A program made the position numbers and the translations under genes. The notes below the pieces were generated by a model. It was not told the origin of the DNA, did no database searches, and was given only the letters and a program-made list of their open reading frames with translations. Below are positions 59,319 through 64,000 of a DNA stretch of 64,000 nucleotides, piece after piece. The stretch spans positions 2,816,001 through 2,880,000 of the forward strand of contig JASGHJ010000002.1 of NCBI GenBank assembly GCA_047602405.1. The letters are read 5' to 3'. The stretch's first letter is position 1; every line of letters begins with the position of its first letter. Origin of the DNA: Anaeromyxobacteraceae bacterium. Its GTDB lineage: Bacteria; Myxococcota; Myxococcia; Myxococcales; Anaeromyxobacteraceae.

Positions 59319-60761
59319 CAATGCCGATCGGTTAGCGCCAACCGATCGAGACCGATGGGGATTTTGGAGGCCGGGGCAGCAGAGTTGCCGCGGCGATCCA
59401 GGAGATCATGATGCGGCGATCGCCCGGAGGGCGATCCCATGCCGCGTCGCCCCGTTTCCGCCCAAGAGGACAGCTCGGGCGAGTTGCTGGATAGGTTCCA
59501 GGCGAGCCTCGATCCCGAATGGATCGAGGAAGCCCTTCAGGCCACCGGGACGGCCACCATCCGCCGGCGCCGCCTTCCAGCCGAGCAGGTCGTCTGGCTC
59601 GTGCTCGGGATGGGCATCTACCGTAACAAGCCCATCGCCGAGATCGTCGCGGAGCTCGATCTCGCGCTACCGGGGCGGCGCCCGCGCGCGGCCTCGAGTT
59701 CGGTGACCCAGGCGCGCGAGCGGCTGGGCAGCGAGCCCATCCGCTGGCTGTTCGAACGCAGCGCCGAAAAGTGGGCGCACGAGAGTGCGCGCCGGCACGC
59801 GTGGCGCGGGCTCGCCGTCTACGGCGTGGACGGCACGACCGTCCGTCTCCCGGACTCCGAAGCGAACCGCGATCATTTCGGCTACGCCGTGAGCTCCCGA
59901 GGCGAGAGCGCGTATCCGATGGCACGCCTCGTCACGCTGATGGCCCTCCGCTCGCACCTGCTGGCGGCGGCCCGCTTCGGTCCACAGTCGGGCAGCGAGA
60001 TCGCTCTCGCCAGGGAGTTGTGGCCGCTCGTGCCGGACGAGTCGCTGTGCATCGTGGATCGCAACTTCCTCTCGTCGGCGCTGCTCATCGGCATTGCGAG
60101 CCACGGGCATCGAAGGCACTGGCTCATCCGCGCGAAGAGCGACACGGCCTGGAAGGTAGTCCGCTCGCTCGGGCGCGGCGACTGGCTCGTCGAGAAGACC
60201 GTCCACCGGGACGCCCGCCGAGAGAACCCTGACCTCCCCGAGCGCTGGGAGATGCGGGCGATCCGCTATCAGCGGAAGGGCTTCAAGCCTCAGACCCTGC
60301 TGACGTCGATGACGGACCCGGAGGTTTACCCGGCGGCCGAGATCGTCGCGCTCTACCACGAGCGCTGGGAGATCGAGCTCGGCTACGACGAGGTCAAGAC
60401 TGTCATGCTCGACCGCGAGGAGACGACGCGCAGCAGGACTCCTCGCGGCGTCTCCCAGGAGCTCTGGGGCCTCGCCCTCGCGTACAACCTCGTCCGGCTC
60501 GAGATGGAGCGCATGGCCGAGGACGCCGGCGTCACGCCCGACCGCGTCAGCTTCAAGAACGCGCTCATGTACATCGAGCACGCCCTCCTAACGCTCTCCC
60601 TAGAGAGCGCGGGACGCATCCCGGAGCACCTCCGCCGCCTCCGGGAAGACGTCGTGCACTTCATCCTGCCGAAGCGACGGCTGCGGTCCTACCCGAGGGC
60701 CGTGAAGATCAAGATGAGCAACTACCCCCGGAAACGCCGAGGGCTTAAGTGAGCGGCATTG
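59319..60761 (+). mobile_element. IS4-family insertion sequence, 1443 bp
   Basis: TIRs CAATGCCGATCGGTTAG and (reverse complement) CAATGCCGCTCACTTAA. 10-bp target duplication GGGCTAGGCC at 59309-59318 and 60762-60771. Confidence 0.95.
59439..60752 (+). CDS. IS4-family DDE transposase
   Basis: VDGT, DRNF and YHERWEIE...K (YREK signature). Confidence 0.95.
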   Translation: MPRRPVSAQEDSSGELLDRFQASLDPEWIEEALQATGTATIRRRRLPAEQVVWLVLGMGIYRNKPIAEIVAELDLALPGRRPRAASSSVTQARERLGSEPIRWLFERSAEKWAHESARRHAWRGLAVYGVDGTTVRLPDSEANRDHFGYAVSSRGESAYPMARLVTLMALRSHLLAAARFGPQSGSEIALARELWPLVPDESLCIVDRNFLSSALLIGIASHGHRRHWLIRAKSDTAWKVVRSLGRGDWLVEKTVHRDARRENPDLPERWEMRAIRYQRKGFKPQTLLTSMTDPEVYPAAEIVALYHERWEIELGYDEVKTVMLDREETTRSRTPRGVSQELWGLALAYNLVRLEMERMAEDAGVTPDRVSFKNALMYIEHALLTLSLESAGRIPEHLRRLREDVVHFILPKRRLRSYPRAVKIKMSNYPRKRRGLK

Positions 60762-60852
60762 GGGCTAGGCCCCCCGGCCCCCGGCTGCGCCGGGAGCCCC
60801 CGCGACACGCCGGCTGATTCCGTCGGACTGCCGTGTTAGAGAGGGGCCCGCC

Positions 60853-61890
60853 ATGGCCTCCTCCAACGTCACCGCTTCGAAGCTCCCGACCTTCGAGCTC
60901 GTCCTCCGGAACTACAAGAACTTCAACGCCCGGGCGACCCGGGACGCGCTGCTCGCCTACTGGCGGCACGTCGAGTCCGGCGGCCGGATGTTCTGGGCCG
61001 TCGCCGGCGCGATGTCCTCGGCGCAGCTCGGCATCACGATGGCGCCCGCCATCCGGGCCGGCCTCATCCACGGCCTCTCGGTGACCGGCGCCAACCTGGA
61101 GGAGTCGCTCTTCCGGCTCGTCGCCCACCACGCGTACAAGGACTTCCCGGACTACCGCTACTTCACGAAGGAGGACGACACCCGCATCCTCGAGCAGCGG
61201 ATGCGCCGGGTGACCGACACCTCCATCCCGGAGGACGAGGCGTTCCGCGCGGTCGAGAAGATCATCGTCCCGATGTGGACCGAGGCGACCGCGAAGAACG
61301 GCCGCCGCTTCTGGCACGAGTACTTCTACGAGCTCATCCAGAAGATCCCGGCCGCGGCCTACGAGGGCAACCCCGAGGAGTGCTGGCTGCTCGCCGCCGC
61401 GAAGGCGGGGCTCCCCATCGTCGTCCCCGGCCACGAGGACTCCACCTTCGGCAACATCTTCGCGTCCCACGTGAAGACCGGCGAGTGCTCGCCCCTCATC
61501 GTGAAGTCGGGCATCGAGTACATGGCCGCCTTCTACGACCAGTACGAGACCCTCTCCGAGGGCAAGGGCGTCGGCTTCTTCCAGATCGGCGGCGGCATCG
61601 CCGGCGACTTCCCGATCTGCGTGGTGCCCTCGATCAAGTACGACCTCTCGAAGCCGGTGAAGCCCTGGGCCTACTTCTGCCAGATCTCCGACTCGACGAC
61701 GTCCTACGGCTCCTACTCGGGCGCGACCCCGAACGAGAAGATCACCTGGGACAAGCTCACGAAGGACACCCCGATGTACGTGGTGGAGTCCGACGCGACC
61801 ATCGTGGTCCCGCTCATGCTGACCGCGCTCCTCGAGGCGAAGGCGCACCCCGCCGAGGCGAACGCCCTCATCAAGAGCGCAGGCTACTAG
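60853..61890 (+). CDS. Deoxyhypusine synthase-like protein
   Basis: AGAMS, TGANLEE, DSTFG, IGGG, GSYSGATPNEKITWDK, SDATI. Confidence 0.9.
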   Translation: MASSNVTASKLPTFELVLRNYKNFNARATRDALLAYWRHVESGGRMFWAVAGAMSSAQLGITMAPAIRAGLIHGLSVTGANLEESLFRLVAHHAYKDFPDYRYFTKEDDTRILEQRMRRVTDTSIPEDEAFRAVEKIIVPMWTEATAKNGRRFWHEYFYELIQKIPAAAYEGNPEECWLLAAAKAGLPIVVPGHEDSTFGNIFASHVKTGECSPLIVKSGIEYMAAFYDQYETLSEGKGVGFFQIGGGIAGDFPICVVPSIKYDLSKPVKPWAYFCQISDSTTSYGSYSGATPNEKITWDKLTKDTPMYVVESDATIVVPLMLTALLEAKAHPAEANALIKSAGY

Positions 61891-61919
61891 CTCATCCGCA
61901 GAATCGTCGGCATGCGGTA

Positions 61920-62215
61920 CCGTGGGAGCCAAACGGGCCTCCGCGACAGCGCTTGCTCGGACGGGTTTGAGACGGAACAGATCGCCGGAACCGTTGCTGT
62001 TCCATGGCGGTGACCGCCGCAGCAGGCCTGCGCGCGAGTTGCGCGTGTCGACGCCGTGCGCTGCGCGCACGTCGCCGACACACGCCCTCGTCACTTGGCC
62101 TGCATTGCTAGGATCCTGGTGGCCGTACCTCGCCCGTCGCTCGCTGCGCGCTGCTGCGGAGGCCCGTTTGGCTCTCGGGCGTGGTGGACTGACGTCGGCC
62201 GTAGATGCCGGGTGC
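61920..62215 (+). repeat. Structured element copy A (candidate ncRNA or ssDNA hairpin)
   Basis: Homologous to the reverse complement of 62293-62588. Perfect 19-bp closing stem 61926-61944 / 62156-62174. Confidence 0.85.
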
Positions 62216-62292
62216 CGATGAACGACTAACGATGGGCGATGGCCATTTGGCAGTTTGCCCGCCGCATCTTCTTCACCATCAGTTCCGCACTT

Positions 62293-62588
62293 GCACCCCA
62301 GCACCATCGGCCGACCTCAGTCCGCTCGTTCCGAGGGCGAAACGCGCCTCCGCAGCGGCGCGCAGCGAGCGACGGGCGAGGTTCCGTCCCCACATCTGGG
62401 CATTGCAGGCCAAGCGACGAGGGCGTGTGACGGCGCCTTGCGCGCAGCGCAAGGCGTCGTCACGCGCAACTCGCGTGCAGGCCTGCTGCCACGATCACCG
62501 CACTGCAACAGCAACGGTTCCGGCGATCGACACCGTCTCATACCCGTCCGAGCAAGCGCCGTCGCGGAGGCGCGTTTCGCCCCCACGG
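62293..62588 (-). repeat. Structured element copy B (inverted)
   Basis: Perfect 19-bp closing stem 62335-62353 / 62564-62582, with compensatory changes relative to copy A. Confidence 0.85.
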
Positions 62589-62601
62589 CAACGTTCGTCG
62601 T

Positions 62602-63131
62602 CTAGAGCTTGCCGGGAAGCTTCTTGGTGAGGTCCTCGAGCTTGCGGACCTGCTCGGGCAGGACCGCCTGGACGAGGTTGTGCTCGCGGGCGAGCGAGGC
62701 GAACTCGCTCGTCGACGCCCTGGCCCCGATCCACGGCAGGGCGTCGCCGGCGATGGCGATGGCGGAGAGCGCGACCCAGGCCGCCACGAGCGCCTTCGCG
62801 CCGGACAGGACCGCGCCGAGGGCGCGGTCGGCCGGGGCGCGCACGGCCCGGGAGAGGGCGGTGCCGCGGAGGGCGGCCGCGCCGAGGAGGCCGAGCAGGG
62901 AGGCCGCGCCCGCGAAGACGAGCGCCGGGGCCGCGGCGCGTGCCAGGGCGGCCGGGAGCGCGTTCTCGAGGCCCGCGGCGATGGGGGCCGCGAGGATCCG
63001 CGCGGCCAGGGCGGCGAGCACGTAGGCGACGAGCTGGATCACCTGCCGGAGCGCGCCCGACCCGGCGCCCGAGAGGGCCGCGACGAGGAGGAGCGCGAGG
63101 ATGACGAGATCGAGGGCCAGGGGCGGCTCAC
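62602..63131 (-). CDS. CvpA (colicin V production) family membrane protein
   Basis: LDLVILALLLVAALSG..SG..RQ and ADRALGAVL. The start is uncertain: the GTG at 63131 is one base out of frame, or CTG at 63120 is used. Confidence 0.8.
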
Positions 63132-63694
63132 TTGATCTTGAAGCCGTCGGCCTTCGATCGGCCCTTGTCGAGCTCCTTCTCGACCTGGGCGAGGAGCTCC
63201 TTGAACTTCGCGTTCTGCGGCTCGTACATGAGGGCCGAGCGGAGCTGGCGGGCGGCGGCGTCCCAGCGGCCGGCCTGCACCTCGGTCACCGCGGAGGCGT
63301 AGAACTTCCGGCCGTTCGGGGTGGTGCCGTACTGCTCCTCGACCCGCTTCTTCGCCTGCTCCTTCACCTGGGCCTCCTCGGCCTCGGTGAAGCGGAGCTT
63401 CTTCGCGCGGTCGGGCCCCGTGACGTCGGCGAGGTACCGGGTGCGCTTCTGGTCGTCGCGCAGCACCGTGTACGCCTCGTTCACGCGCCGGTAGATCCTG
63501 CCGACCACCTCCCGCAGCTCCGCCGACGGGTGCGCGGCGAAGCGGTCGGGGTGGAAGGCGCGCGACTCGCGGTAGTACGCCTTCTTGATCTCGGCGGGCG
63601 TGGCCGAGTGCGGGATCTTGAGGACGTTGTAGTAGTCGAGCTGGTCGAGGACGGTCGCCAGGGTCTCGGCCTCGATGAGGAACTGCGCTTCCAT
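63128..63694 (-). CDS. J-domain (DnaJ-like) protein with a C-terminal TPR-like helix pair
   Basis: DYYNVL, EIKKAYY, FHPD, NEAY.VL.D. Confidence 0.92.
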   Translation of the reverse strand: MEAQFLIEAETLATVLDQLDYYNVLKIPHSATPAEIKKAYYRESRAFHPDRFAAHPSAELREVVGRIYRRVNEAYTVLRDDQKRTRYLADVTGPDRAKKLRFTEAEEAQVKEQAKKRVEEQYGTTPNGRKFYASAVTEVQAGRWDAAARQLRSALMYEPQNAKFKELLAQVEKELDKGRSKADGFKIK

Positions 63695-63718
63695 GGTGTC
63701 GGTGCGCGGCGGGCGCGC

Positions 63719-64000
63719 CTAGGCGGCCCGCACGTCCTTGGCGAGCTCCATCTCGGCGTTGGCGTCGGCGGCCTTCGAGATGTCGTCCTCGGAGAGGCCG
63801 GAGGAGAGGCTGATGGTCGTGGAGGTCTTCTGGCCGGTCTCGAGGTCGGTGGCCGACACGTTCACGATGCCGTTCGAGTCGATCTCGAAGGTGACCTGGA
63901 TGGAGACCTCGCCGCGGTAGCCGACGCGGAACCCGGTGAACTCGAACTGGCCGAGGAGCTCGCACTCCTCCGCCTTGTTCGACTCGCCCTGGTAGACGCG
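63719..64000 (-). CDS. Hsp70/DnaK-family protein, 3' end (partial)
   Basis: RVYQGES...LLGQFEF..F...IQVTFEIDSNGIVNVSA.D..TG...SGLS. Confidence 0.9.
   Translation of the reverse strand, partial: RVYQGESNKAEECELLGQFEFTGFRVGYRGEVSIQVTFEIDSNGIVNVSATDLETGQKTSTTISLSSGLSEDDISKAADANAEMELAKDVRAA

Noticed and set aside
61922..62586. Paralogous small proteins (MGAKRASATALARTG...) in the inverted elements
   Set aside because: Several substitutions are synonymous, but the same sites are explained by base-pair compensation. Codon usage is atypical, and an indel breaks frame similarity. Ribosome profiling would settle it.
61920..62588. 6S RNA, tmRNA, RNase P, SRP RNA or integron attC
   Set aside because: I could not see their diagnostic motifs (tRNA-like ends, RNase P P4, SRP loop, RYYYAAC/GTTRRRY ends). 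They are not formally excluded without an Rfam search.

Overview
A 64-kb, very GC-rich bacterial chromosomal window. Gene content and repeats suggest a myxobacterium close to Anaeromyxobacter (inference). The core is two head-to-head complex I (nuo) operons at 19.8-38.1 kb: a minus-strand A-B-C-D-G-H-I set and a plus-strand A-B-C-D-H-I-J-K-L-M-N set, with no nuoE/F in the window. Other genes include polX, ampG, ettA, a MoaB/MogA gene, a KaiC-like ATPase/receiver/PAS kinase/Ser-Thr kinase cluster, a cytochrome b-SHP/diheme cytochrome c/two-component operon, GH30 and SGNH hydrolases, an Rrf2 regulator, a deoxyhypusine-synthase-like gene, CvpA, a J-protein and an Hsp70 3' end. An intact IS4-family element carries a 10-bp target duplication. 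Two structures are not explained by the gene calls. The first is a pair of ~296-bp inverted, diverged elements at 61.9-62.6 kb, each folding into a long hairpin with compensatory substitutions. The second is an HNH/DUF222-like gene whose upstream region has tandem structured repeats and a 16-bp palindrome that recurs exactly inside the gene. Several single-base frameshifts are probably assembly errors. No rRNA, tRNA or CRISPR array was seen.
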